Positions 52,832-64,000 of a stretch of 64,000 bases of DNA are shown here, one piece after another; position 1 is the stretch's first letter; each line of letters starts with the position of its first letter. Source of the DNA: Callorhinchus milii (Eukaryota). The stretch covers positions 60,886,001 through 60,950,000 of the forward strand of contig NW_024704743.1 of the NCBI RefSeq assembly GCF_018977255.1. Reading direction: 5' to 3'. The notes under the pieces were generated by a model that saw only the letters and a list, made by a program, of their open reading frames with translations, ran no database searches and had not been told where the DNA came from. The translations under genes and the position numbers were made by a program.

Positions 52832-52936
52832 CCTTGCATTTGATATAGCGCTTTTCACGTCTGGAGGACATCCCAAAGCGCTTCACATAACACACTGTAA
52901 AGTGAATTGACTATATTTGTGGGCGAACGCGGCAGT
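52794..52936 (-). mobile_element. SINE 3' end with an expanded (AAT)~12 microsatellite tail
   Basis: (aat)n at ~52794-52831 followed by ccttgcatttgatatagcgc. Confidence 0.85.
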
Positions 52937-55732
52937 GAAGGTACTGATGACATATAAAATAGCTCATTCAAGGATGCATCAGTGAATATAAGTGTGAAGC
53001 AGGTTTGCTAAATCCAGAGCTGAATTTTAAATTTAGTAATCAAAATGTTTTCAAAATATTTACTAAACTTTATTCTTAAAATTTAAGATTTACCAGAATT
53101 GTACAGCGTTCCCCCAGCACTGCACTGGAGTGTCAACCTGGACAATGATTTCAAATCCACATGTAGGTAGAGAACACAACTTTCTGACCCCGAAGCAAAA
53201 GGACTACCAACTGAGCCAGACTATCACATAGTCATATATTATAGAACAGTAAATGAAATTTCAGTCCATGTATATGAGTTTAAATCTTATGGCAACAATA
53301 TGAGTGTCACTTGTTTGTTGACATGCTACTTTGTCTCAATAATCTTTTAAAAATAATATAATCGTTGCACTGATATAGTACTTGTCAAGTGCATTATATT
53401 GTATAGCGCCTTTCACATCAGCTGGAGACTCAAAGCGCTTCCCAGTAAAATGTGGTGACTATATATTTCGTAGGCGAAAGTAAATCTGATTCAATTAGGC
53501 CTTGTTGTCTATAGAATGTGTTTCTCAGTATTCAGGTTTGTATGAAGCAAAATTGTGTGATGTATGTGTGCACATAAAAATCATTTATTTGTAACAGTTC
53601 AGGTTATAAACCGAGTATGAAACAGCTATGCCTGCTCTCTAAATGAAAATTATCTGTGTTTTTGTGATTTTGTATTGCCATTAAATATCTGCTACTTGTA
53701 TTAGAACATATCAGGGTTGGCTTTACTCTTTATGTGTGAGCCTAGACAGTAAGAGGGTCAGCTTATTTGACTGTGGGGAGGGGGGAGTGATTGGAGGAGA
53801 GATATCACATCCAAACTCAATGCTTTCCTCATAACCAGAATTTACAGAGCAAAGATCATTGAAATACAATCAGAAGCAGGATCCCTGCATGATTCCTCGC
53901 TCCCTAACACAAAGCCACTTCTTCTCTACACTGAGATCAGAAAACTTACCACAGATCAGGAATTCAATCTAGGAACTTTCTGTGGTGCCAGCAAAGTCTC
54001 ACAAAGGCAATGTGGTGTAGATTAAGAAAATTAGTCTTGGCCAGACACCAAATGTGAGGAAGGGAGGAGAGCTGAGGATCAAACCAGTCGCCAAGGTTGT
54101 GCATTGGTTCAGTAAGTTTGAGAAAGAGATCGAGGAGGTTGAGAAGATCAGAGATGGAAGTGAAGGAACATTTGCAGAAGCCAGGAAGGGTGATTTCCAT
54201 CATTCTAAGTAACTGTCTCTTCCCAAAGTGGCTAAGATCAATTCAATTCATTAGTGATATATGAGGTTGACTCCTAGGACCTACACTTTTGTTACACGCT
54301 GTGCAAAGCATTCATATGAGAATTCTGTTGATGCAGATAGAGCTGGAAGTATTTATATTCTGATTCAGTGCTTGCACGAACAAGGAGCATCTTCAGTTTG
54401 ATCAGGGTTTAGTGAAGGTCATGCAAAGATTATGATTTAAGGCTAGACTACTGGGTTCACATCTATCATTAGGAATAGAGCCACTTCACCATGTTTTCCC
54501 TCTCACATCACTTCAGACCACAGACATGGCAAAGTGTGAATCACTCGTTTAAACTGAGTATTGATCTACACTGAGTTTCGCCAATTACAACAATGCATCA
54601 GAGCTTTTTTTTCAAGTGGGGTAGGTTAGAAGAAATCATCTTACTGGCTCAGTTAGTAGCACTCTTGCCTCCGAGTAAAAAAGGTTCTGGGTTTAAGCCC
54701 CACGTCGGATATTAAACACATAGTCTTTGAGGCTAACACTATAATGAAGTGCTCTGAGACATCTTCCCAACATGAAAGACTTTATACCGAATTCAAGAAT
54801 GAATATTATATTTTCCACAGATGGTTCATTTTGTCTGGTGGAAGCTTTCCATGATTCTATCATTCCATTACAGAGGATGATCCTGTTAAAACCTCTCTGG
54901 TTGAGCACAGGTTCACTTTTGTAGTGTGAGTCTATGTGGACTGGAGGCACAGTACAGAGTACAAACAGCTTCCACAATGACTGGCTTGCTTCCCACATTA
55001 AACAGTGGCCACCTTCTTTGTCATCAGATGGCCACTGATGTCACTTACTGGGCGCTGCACAATGTGCGGTATCATTTTCATGAAGGAATTGACATATATG
55101 TGCATAACACACAGAATGCACACCAGTGATGATCTGACATTGGGAAGATGTCCATTCATAGCATGCCTTATTTTAACATGTGGTCTGAGTTTATGGACCC
55201 AAACCGTTGAGTTATAACCCTGTTGGGAGCAATAAAATTAACTTCTGATTAACCGAGAAAGAATGTAAAATCTATGAATATTTAGAGTTTCAGTGTTTCC
55301 TTTCCCTTGATATGAATCTATTGCTTATTTGTTGATTAGCAGAGTGAAAAATGATAACTTTCGCCAATAGTACTGTGCCAGTAAATCAAATTTAAATGCT
55401 GTTCGAAATATACTTTTAGAGGACATCATCTGGTGGTTGGCATTCCCCAGTGATAAATTTAGAAAAGAAATTATTGGTCTATTTCTTCCCCCAAAAAACT
55501 GGCTTTCAGATTTGATAGATTGCCATTTCAGAGCAATTTTCAATTCATTTTAAGACATTTTTACAATCCAAACTTTCAAAATGAGTCCCCAGAGTGTTGT
55601 TTCTATTTGGAGTTGTCTTTGCCAGGTATTTTAACTGCCCGAACCAAAAGAGAAATGTACGTTCTGTGACTCAAAAGGATTCATGCTGAGTTTTCGTTAT
55701 ACCTCTGACAGCACAAGGAGCTGAAAACATCG

Positions 55733-56640
55733 ACCTGGCTTAGTTTGTAGCACTCTCAGAAGGTTGTGAGTTCAGCTCCCATGGTTCAAGTTGGAGTCCT
55801 GTAGTTTAGTGGTTAGAGCACTCGTCTCACAGGCGAGAGGATTTAAGTTTGATTCCCGCTGGGGAAAACCTTAGGCAACTTTCCTTACTCCACACGTCTG
55901 TTTACCTAGCAGTAAATAGGAACCTGATTGTTAGTCGATTGATGGTTTACTTTTCCGGGGGTAATAATCCCTTCCAAATAAAAAAAATGTGTTCACTCAA
56001 TTGTGAACGCATTTTGAGTGAACACTCAAAACACAGGATGTAGGAGTCCTGTAGCTCAGTGGTCAGAGTGCTCGCCTTGTAAGTGAGAGATTCCCAGCAG
56101 GGTGAAACCTTCGGCAAGTTTCCTTACTCCACATTCCTGATTATAATCCCTCAAGAAAAAAAAATAAAATTGGTCACTTCAATCCATGACTGTTTGTGGG
56201 ACACTGCTGCACACAATTGGCTGCTGCGTTTCACCCAGAAAATATACAGTCAATTCACTTTACAGTGTATTCTACGAAGTGCTTTGAGACATCTCGAAGA
56301 TGTGATAAGGAACTATATCAAGGATTATTTTATTATTATCATGGTGAGATTTGGAACTCATAGCACTGTGACACTCTAATACAGGGCTGGGGTTGTGCTG
56401 CATTGTTGGAGGTGGTGTACTTCAGACGAGATGTTAAACTGAGGTCCTGTCTGCTTCAGGAGGATGTTAACAATCCCATTGCGCTATTCGAAAAGGGAAG
56501 GAAGTTTCTCTAATGACCTGGTCAAGAATTGCACAGATAAAATTGGCTGTTTGTGGGACATTTCGGTGTCAAAGTGGCTGTCAAGTTTGCCCACAAAATA
56601 CACAGTCTTGACTGAATACGTATGTAAGGATTATTAGTAT
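55733..56640 (+). mobile_element. Deu-SINE interrupted by a double-headed family A SINE (~55786-56339)
   Basis: Heads ggagtcctgtag at ~55793 and ~56043; catggt duplicated at 55780-55785 and 56340-56345. Confidence 0.8.
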
Positions 56641-58619
56641 TATTTATTTTATTTATAGTGTAATACACAACGAGGAACAGTTAATCCCATTTTCTTTTGG
56701 TCAGCCAGGTGTCTGACACATGAGGAAACCCATCACCATGCTTAAGAGTATCCAAACCAAACTGAGGATTCCACGCATGGACTTTCCAGAGGCAAATTGT
56801 TAGAATGCTGGATAGTAGGTCAGGAACTTCTTCCAAGCTTCCCAGTGGGCAATGCAGCTCAGCATGAAATGCATGAGAGCATTGCCATCATCTTCCTGTC
56901 TGCAGCTCGGGCACATGCTCTTCCCATTGACTGATGGTTCCACCAATTGGAGGTGTGGAGTTTAAGCAGCAGCTGTTTGCCTCTCTGCAGGCGCTGGACT
57001 CACAAATACATGTTCACAAACTCGGACTCCAGGTAATACCTTCCAGCAGCTGTCACCCCAAGCCTCAGAGTTTCCTCATCAACTATCTGGCAGGCATCTG
57101 CCTTCAGCATAATGGGAGGACCTTTACAGGACAGCTTGTGACATGCCAGCCACCTTGATGTTCTTGAGGTACAAATCCAATGCTGTGTACCAAGCTTACT
57201 CAGCACCAGCTGCTCAATCCAGGTCTTCATGCGAGGGACCCTGGCAAATAGACATGCCAGCTACTAAGCCGACTCGGCCTCCAGGATGCTTAGTGACAGG
57301 TTAGTGTAGGCTGGAGCCCTCCCTCCCACTGCTTCCTGTGTTTGCCACAAATCCAACATCCTATTTTTTATTTAATCGCTCATTAGCTTGAGACCTCAGC
57401 GATTTATTAAATAAATTTGTAACTTGTTGCATATCCACCATAGCCCATAGAACGTAATTTAATGTAAGATTAAACTGAATCTTTAAAAAATCTATTGCAA
57501 TGTGTTAAAGTTGTATGTAGTCTTCCAAAAGAGCATTCACAACTGTGTGATTCAGTAGAGTGACCTCTAGGCAATGTGACCTCATTTGTGTGCAAAGGAT
57601 TACATCTTGAAGACATATTTATTAATGATTTTACTTCTGGGTGATTCCAAGAGAAATAATAAGTACATCCAAGACTGAGCACTAAAACACTCTACCCTGA
57701 ATAGATTGGGGTTACTGAATGAACATTACCAGCTACACACCAGTCAATCTCTTCAGTCCTCCTGGTGTCCAGCACCATGGAACATCCTCCCACTGTGAAA
57801 GGTCCTATACAAATGTAATTTTGTATTGTATTGTCTCTTTAAATTATTGCTAGTATTTGGTTGACATCTTTCCGTCTTTTCATCCACTTATTTTCATTTA
57901 CAAAGGAGAGGCGCTGCCATTCTGTGGAATATTACCAATAGACTCAGTTCTGAAGAAAGAGGTTTATGAACAGCTGGAATGGATTACCAGCAAAGATCTG
58001 TGTGAGCCAGGACAGAGGTGACTGAAAGTATGGTCAAAGAGGTATTTTTTTAGAAGAGCTTTGGAGGCAGTGAGAGAAGATGTGAGATGAGGGGATTTGG
58101 GGAAGGAGTTCCAGAGCATAGGGACATTGTGCTTGAAAGTTCAACTACTAATGGTATGTTGGACGGGATGAGGGGCTTGTTTGCAGAGCGAAGAGAGGAG
58201 GCCAGGACTAGAGGAGATTGCAGATGGTAGGGAATGGGTGTTAGCAATTTGTTAGCAAACTGCTGGAGTCATATAGCCATTTGGAGAGTTGCAGAAGAGC
58301 ACCATAGACCATGGTATCATCGGAATGAAGGGATTGTGAAAGCACTACACAAGAAGGAATGTGAAAGGAATCAAAGGAGAGGAAACAACAGAGAACAGTC
58401 TTATTAAAGCAATTAAACGCTTCCATTCATGTCATTCCTGTAAATGATTGATACAAATAAATAGTTGATTTACCTGCTATAGTTGAGGCAGAAACTCTAA
58501 TATTATAAAGATTGAAAACGATAACTTCATACTGAACTGCTTAAACTTCTCTAGGGTATAGTTTTAATCTTAACTAGCAGCAAATCTGAATCCACAACAA
58601 AATTTTTCTATTGTTAAGA

Positions 58620-59185
58620 TACAAATACAAAACAAAATTACATTTGTAAAGTGCCTTTCATGTTGGGAGGACATACCAAGGCACTGAACCATCAGTGTGG
58701 GGTGCGGTGTTGGGATCAGGGAGGGTGGAATGCAGAGAGGGTAGGAGGGTCTTGAGGCATGCCTTGAAGGAGGCAAGAGGGAGCGAGGCAAAGGGAATTT
58801 GGGATGGAGTTCCAGAGGGTGGTCACAGAGAGGCTGAAGGCCCTACCGCTGATGATGGGGAGGGCTGGGCAGGGGACGTGGAGCAGGCCGAAGCCTGCTG
58901 AGCTGAAGGAGCAGACAGGTTGATAAGGGGTTGTGAGGTCGGAGAGGTAGGAGGGGGCAAGGCAGTGGACAGCCTTGAAGGTGAGGATGAGAATTTTGAA
59001 CTCGATCCTTTGAGGGATGGAGAGCCAGTGGAGCCGGGCGAGGACAGGGGTGATGGGGTCACAGAGCCTGGTGAAGGAGAGGACATGAGCTGGAGAGTTT
59101 CTGGATGATCTGCAGTTTATGGAGGGAAGAGTTGGGAAGGCCAACAAGTTAGGGCATTGGCATAGTCGAGCCTGGATGTAATGAA
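58620..59185 (-). mobile_element. L2 3' fragment
   Basis: ORF 58716..59147 [48 protein letters not shown]. Confidence 0.92.
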
Positions 59186-59727
59186 GATGGAAGTAAATTA
59201 AAAATAATATATGTTGAACTTTGCCAGTCTCACAAAATTACAGTGTGCTGAAAACATCCAGTTGAAAAAAATGACGAGAAAAAAAGGCAAATGGATTAAA
59301 AACCTAGTTTTTAATGGAGCAAGTTGACATCAATGTAGAAATAACAAAGGTAATAATTAGTGTCAATGAATACTCACAAACAAAGCAAACCAAAACATTT
59401 GCTTAAAAATACACTACAAAATTCACTACACTTTAAAGTAGACTGTTTGTGGGACACTGTTGTGTGCAATTGGCTGCCACGTTTCATCCACAAAATATAT
59501 AGTCAATTCACTTTACGGTATATTCTGTAAAGCGTTTTGAGACGTCTCGAAGATGTGATAAGGTGTTATATCAAATGCAAAGATTATTATTATTATCATT
59601 ATTTTTATCCTGTGAAGCAGTTTGAGATGATTTAAGGCATTACATCAAAATAGAAGGATTATTATGATTGCTACTGTCTAACCTCTGGTTTAAGGAATAA
59701 GAATGAACACTAGATTATCCACTATCA

Positions 59728-60125
59728 GTGCCCTCCAATATGTCCGCTCCCTTTCAAACAAAGCTCTCACTATCCATGACCTCCTTCTCGATGAGTGCAT
59801 AGATCTCCCATTGCAGTACCCATCGCCTTCACTCAGCTGACTCTGGCCTCCTGCATATCCCTCGTTCCCTCCGCCACACTATTAGCTGAGTTTCAGCTAC
59901 TAGCCCACAAAATTATGAAACTCTGCCTCAATCCCCCTGCCTTACCCCCTCCTTAATCACCTTCAAATCACACCTGAAGATCTTCTTCTTCGATCGCATT
60001 TATCATGCCTCCCCCTTCTCCCAGAATCAGGCCAAGCTCCGCCACTATTATATGCTTTGAGACCCTGTCCGGCATGAGTGGGGGGCTACATAAATACAAA
60101 TAGTTGTGGTTGTTGATGTTGTTGT
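59728..60125 (+). mobile_element. L2 derivative: endonuclease N-terminus adjacent to the 3' end
   Basis: 59733-59807 translates LQYVRSLSNKALTIHDLLLDECIDL; it is followed by ORF2-end remnants and a gttg-type tail. Confidence 0.65.
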
Positions 60126-60892
60126 ATCTCACAGTATCACAGTATCCAATGAAGAAGGCTGTTAATTATCCCCTTACATTTCTTTGTGTCTGTCCTGAAT
60201 CTGTGTCCTCTTTGTTCTGTTTCTGGTATATCTGAAAGTATTGTGCTGCCGTTACTATCTCAATCCTATTTAGAAAACTATAAACCACTTCATGGTCTCT
60301 TCTGAAACAACTTTTTTCATCTATAGCATTCTAGTTTACCTACTCTGCCACAAAATATACAGTCAATTCACTTTACAGTATATAAGACGTAATATCAAAT
60401 ACAAGGATTATTATTATTATTCAATCATTACTCAAAGCACATTCTCTAACATTAACATTCACAGCCTTTACAGCCCCCTTATGTCAGTGACCAGAACACT
60501 GTATGGTTTGAGCATGACTTCTTAGGTATCGTTTATTTCTTAGGTATTCTTCGGTATTTCTTTCTTTAAGAATTACTGAGCCATGTAGAGTTTTGCTGGT
60601 TAGTGGTTTGGACTCTTACTGATCAGTGTAAATAGGCAGAACTCACTAATAGGAATCCACCCATTATATGTTGGCAGCAGAGGTACAAGGCTCTAGTAAT
60701 ACAGTCTTTCATTCCTCTGCTGCTGTTTAATTCCTATTCCTTATTCTTATCTCTTGTCCTTTTGCTTTGATATTAAGATCTCTAGCCTTAGTTCACTCAT
60801 CGATCCTTAGTCAAACAAGACAGAAAACTATGGTCTTTACATAAGCTCTACAACAGATACAATTAAACCTAATTGAACTTAGGGCAAAGCAA

Positions 60893-61600
60893 AAACAACA
60901 ACAACAACAAGATTCCATTTATAGAGCGCCTTTCCCGTCGGGAGGACGTCCCAAGGCGCTGGACAGTTGGGTCAGGACCCGAGCAGGGGGGAAATAGTCA
61001 GGGTGAGGGGAGGGAAGGGAGGGAGCGAAGAGGGGGTAGAGAGTCGAGAGGGGAGCTGAAGGCACGGTCAAAGAGAAAGGTCTTAAGACCAGCCTTGAAG
61101 GAGGAAAGGGAGGAGGCGGCGAAGGCACTGGGGGATGGAGTTCCAGAGCCTAGGGGCTGAGAGGCTGAAGGCTCGGCCACCGATGGTAGGGCGGTTGGGG
61201 CGGGGGATGTGGAGCAGACCGGAGCCAGAGGAATGGAGGGTACGGGCGGGTAGGTAGGGGGATAGTAGGTCGGAGAGGTAGGAGGGAGCAAGGCCATGAA
61301 TGGCCTTGTAGGTGAGGATGAGGATCTTGAATTCGATCCTCTGGGGGATGGGGAGCCAGTGGAGGCGAGCGAGGGTGGGAGTGATGTGGTCCCGAAGCCT
61401 GGTGCGGGACAGTACATGAGCTGCAGAGTTCTGAATGACCTGCAGCTTGTGGAGGGAGGTGCCGGGAAGGCCGGCGAGGAGAGGGTTCCCATAGTCCAGC
61501 CTTGAGGTGATAAAGGCGTGGACCAGAGTTTCAGCAGCGTGAGGGGTGAGGTAGTGTCGTAGTCTGGCGACATTCCGGAGGTGATGGAAGGCGGTGCCAG
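60893..61600 (-). mobile_element. L2 3' fragment (low divergence)
   Basis: (aac)n tail gattccatttatagagcgcctttcccgtcgggaggacgtccc and antisense ORF2 C-terminus. Confidence 0.92.
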
Positions 61601-61929
61601 TTGTGGCGCCAAGCTGAATCTAGCTATTAACGTTTTAGAATTTGTCAAATTTTTGAATACCGTTTTTTAATTTTAAAGCTGGTTTTCCTTTAGTTTGCTG
61701 AATTCTGCAGATTCCGTTACCAACTCTGCTTTTTGGTCAGCTGTGTGTCTGGTGCAGAAACCCACTACCTAGGTATGCAATAGAGCACAGACTCTCATCA
61801 TTATTCACTGCTCAATGATTAAAAATTTGTATCTGTGATTGCATTTGTACTTGTATCAGCCCGGCTCAATTGATGACACTCTCACTTGAGTCAAAGGGGT
61901 TGAAGCCTCACATCGGGACCTGCAACCTA

Positions 61930-62501
61930 TCTTCTCTCTTCTATATTTTCTATACTAATAAAACAACAATGTTTGTCTGTGCTTCAAGAAGGATCTCAAT
62001 AACCGATTAACGTAGAGACACGATTTCTGAAAGGTCTTGTGACTGGGAGTGACATGGGCCTATTTGTTTTTGGGTATCTCCTATCGTTCATGAATTATTT
62101 TCAGGTTTGTTTTTTTGCTGCAGTTACACCTTGTGGCTGCCGAGTCAAAGTGGGGCTGTGGCATCATGCATCACAGAGCACCTACGTATGTACGCACGCA
62201 CTGCTACACCTGGTGGCTGCTCCAGCTGACCATGGCGCTGTGGTATCTTGTGTCACAGAACACGCACGTAGCCAAGCGGTGTGAACAAAATAAAACACAC
62301 AGACAAAGCTAAGTCACAACAACAACAACACAATTACATTTTAAAGCACCGAGTCCTCCCATTGAGTCCTCCCAAAAGGAGTCCTCCCACAGGAGTCCTC
62401 CCAGATGAGTATAGGTAAAGATGAAATGTCTGTCTGTGGGTCAATCTACATTCCATATTGGATCCTTTGGTTGCAAGCGTAGCTGCAATGGGTGCAGCTA
62501 G
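61930..62501 (+). mobile_element. Non-autonomous Helitron (~570 bp)
   Basis: 5' A|TC..tctatactaataaaa; 3' subterminal hairpin ttgca-agcgtagc-tgcaa (62471-62488), then CTAG|T at 62498-62502; no TSD. Confidence 0.68.
62351..62403. repeat. Tandem repeat gagtcctccca x4
   Basis: Seen directly, next to an L2-like (aac)n tail at ~62316-62350. Confidence 0.8.
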
Positions 62502-63049
62502 TACTAAATACGATGACACGGTATTGTCTAGGTAGTGTGTAATGGTATTGCTCTGCACACTGAGATTTCAGACAACATCTATTATCTTGCTGTGAGGTTC
62601 TGGCTTTTTCAGTTATCAGAGCAGTGAATAGCAGTTGCTTTGGGAACATGGATTCTGAGAGCACATTGTTGACAATGAATGGACCTAGAAATAAGTAGTT
62701 GTTGTGGATGAAGAGTCCAGAGAGGAATAGGTGAAGAAGAGGATTTGATTAGAATCTATTTCTGAGATTGACCCAGTGACGTGCAGTTGCTATGGAAAAT
62801 ACAGACGTCGAAAGGAATTGCTTTTACCTATGTCAACAGGATTGACCTTTCTATTCTTCTTGGATACCATTTGATGTTTTTCAAGCTGCATAACATCATA
62901 CTTTGTTGAAATTAATGCAATTCACCAAACTGAAAATCTCTTTAAGAATTACAATCAAAATCCATTTTAAACCGAAATTCTGTCTGCTTGTTTCACTAAC
63001 ATCACACCACATGATCTCAATGCATGCATATGTAACCAATTGGACATAC

Positions 63050-63240
63050 ATTTAGGGTTGAAAAGCGCAATTTCAGGTTAGATATTAAATACAGAAGTAT
63101 TTCTTTACCCAGAGCAGAATTAATGACTGAAACAGGTAATCAGGAAGAATGATTGAGGCCAGGACACTGGACTCATTTAAGAAAAAGTTTGATACTTTAT
63201 TGGGAGTCCGGGTATTCTGGAAACATGAGATTGAAGCAAC
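63050..63240 (+). mobile_element. Old CR1 3' remnant
   Basis: aagtatttctttacccagag..ttgaggccaggacactggactcatttaagaaaaagtttgat. Confidence 0.55.
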
Positions 63241-64000
63241 CGAAGAATAATTTTCATCTGAGCCGATCTTGTGTGCGTGGCATAAACATTTTCTTTTTTG
63301 CAGGTTTCTGCCTATTGTATGTGTGATTGTGCTAAGTAAATGGGATTGAAAAATTGTTCCTCAGGAAAGTGGTAGTGAGACTATTGCATTGCTTCTGGAG
63401 CAAACTCCTTGCAATGTAAATTGTATCTCCAGCAGCGAAGCCCCACGTACATCACACCGAGGTCTCACAAAGAGCCCAAATCTTGTATGACTGAGTGACA
63501 AAGTATGCTGGAGAAATAGTTTGCATTGCAAGACACTTCTTTTGGCTGGTGAGGCACCAGTAATACTATTGCTTTCCCATCCAACTTGTCCAACCTCATT
63601 TGAAATCATCCTTAAAAAATACAGTTATCTTTTTGAAATGGATTCCAATTACACACTGACTATGTCAGCAACCCATCAGGGTAACCTGATTAGATCCATC
63701 CAATCCTTTCCAACATTCATATCTGTTTAATGAAACTTATTTCAAAATATGTAACGTCACATTAAAATAGACTTGTTTTTATGAATATGTAAAAGATCAT
63801 CTGTCATCATTTCCCCAGCTTGCTTTGTTGGAGGAGATGGTGTACAAGTAGTGTGCCATTTGTGGCGTTGGGAAAATGATGAACAGTTTTCCCATTGATC
63901 ACAAACCTGAGAACAGTTGGCGAGCAACATAGGGATAACACTTTTACTGATTGCTCTGTTAGTAATGGGGACATGCAGACAGTTAATTTCACTAACGTCA

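Noticed and set aside
55793..55870. tRNA-like sequences (also ~56043, ~15810-15883, ~42250-42325)
   Set aside because: Each continues into SINE body and tail and lacks an intact cloverleaf; these are SINE heads, not tRNA genes.
62351..62403. Short spaced repeats (also 5482-5555 and 1325-1545) as a CRISPR-like array
   Set aside because: Eukaryotic context, no unique spacers of regular length and no cas genes; these are ordinary tandem repeats.
63807..63910. Possible terminal exon of a convergent downstream gene (ctgttctcag acceptor on the minus strand)
   Set aside because: No frame resembles a protein I recognise, including the VPS50 C-terminus expected from human synteny.

Overview
Vertebrate genomic DNA, not prokaryotic. 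The repeat content (L2 and CR1 LINEs, Deu-domain SINEs, a tRNA-derived SINE with a (TTA)n tail) suggests a cartilaginous fish, probably a chimaera; this is an inference. The only host gene I recognise is the 3' half of a calcitonin receptor (CALCR, class B1 GPCR) on the + strand. It has seven coding exons (25-151, 17843-17996, 24161-24221, 29658-29724, 34224-34442, 36406-36447, 38059-38280), all GT-AG with consistent phases, encoding ICL1/TM2 through the C-terminus, followed by a probable ~3 kb 3' UTR. The rest is intron or intergenic DNA dense in decayed retroelements, and nearly all long ORFs in the supplied track are LINE remnants or their antisense shadows. The most interesting non-obvious items are: (1) an intronic palindrome at ~13477-13786 whose two arms each carry a minimal type-I hammerhead-ribozyme-like motif, probably Penelope-derived; (2) an apparently complete ~570 bp non-autonomous Helitron at 61930-62501 with A|TC...hairpin...CTAG|T ends; (3) nested SINE/LINE insertions that reuse TTA-like targets and the same SINE position; (4) an L2 endonuclease start joined directly to an L2 3' end; (5) a CALCR that keeps CALCRL-like motifs and has HAP instead of HGP in TM5. 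Repeat boundaries are approximate (read by eye); exon boundaries were counted.
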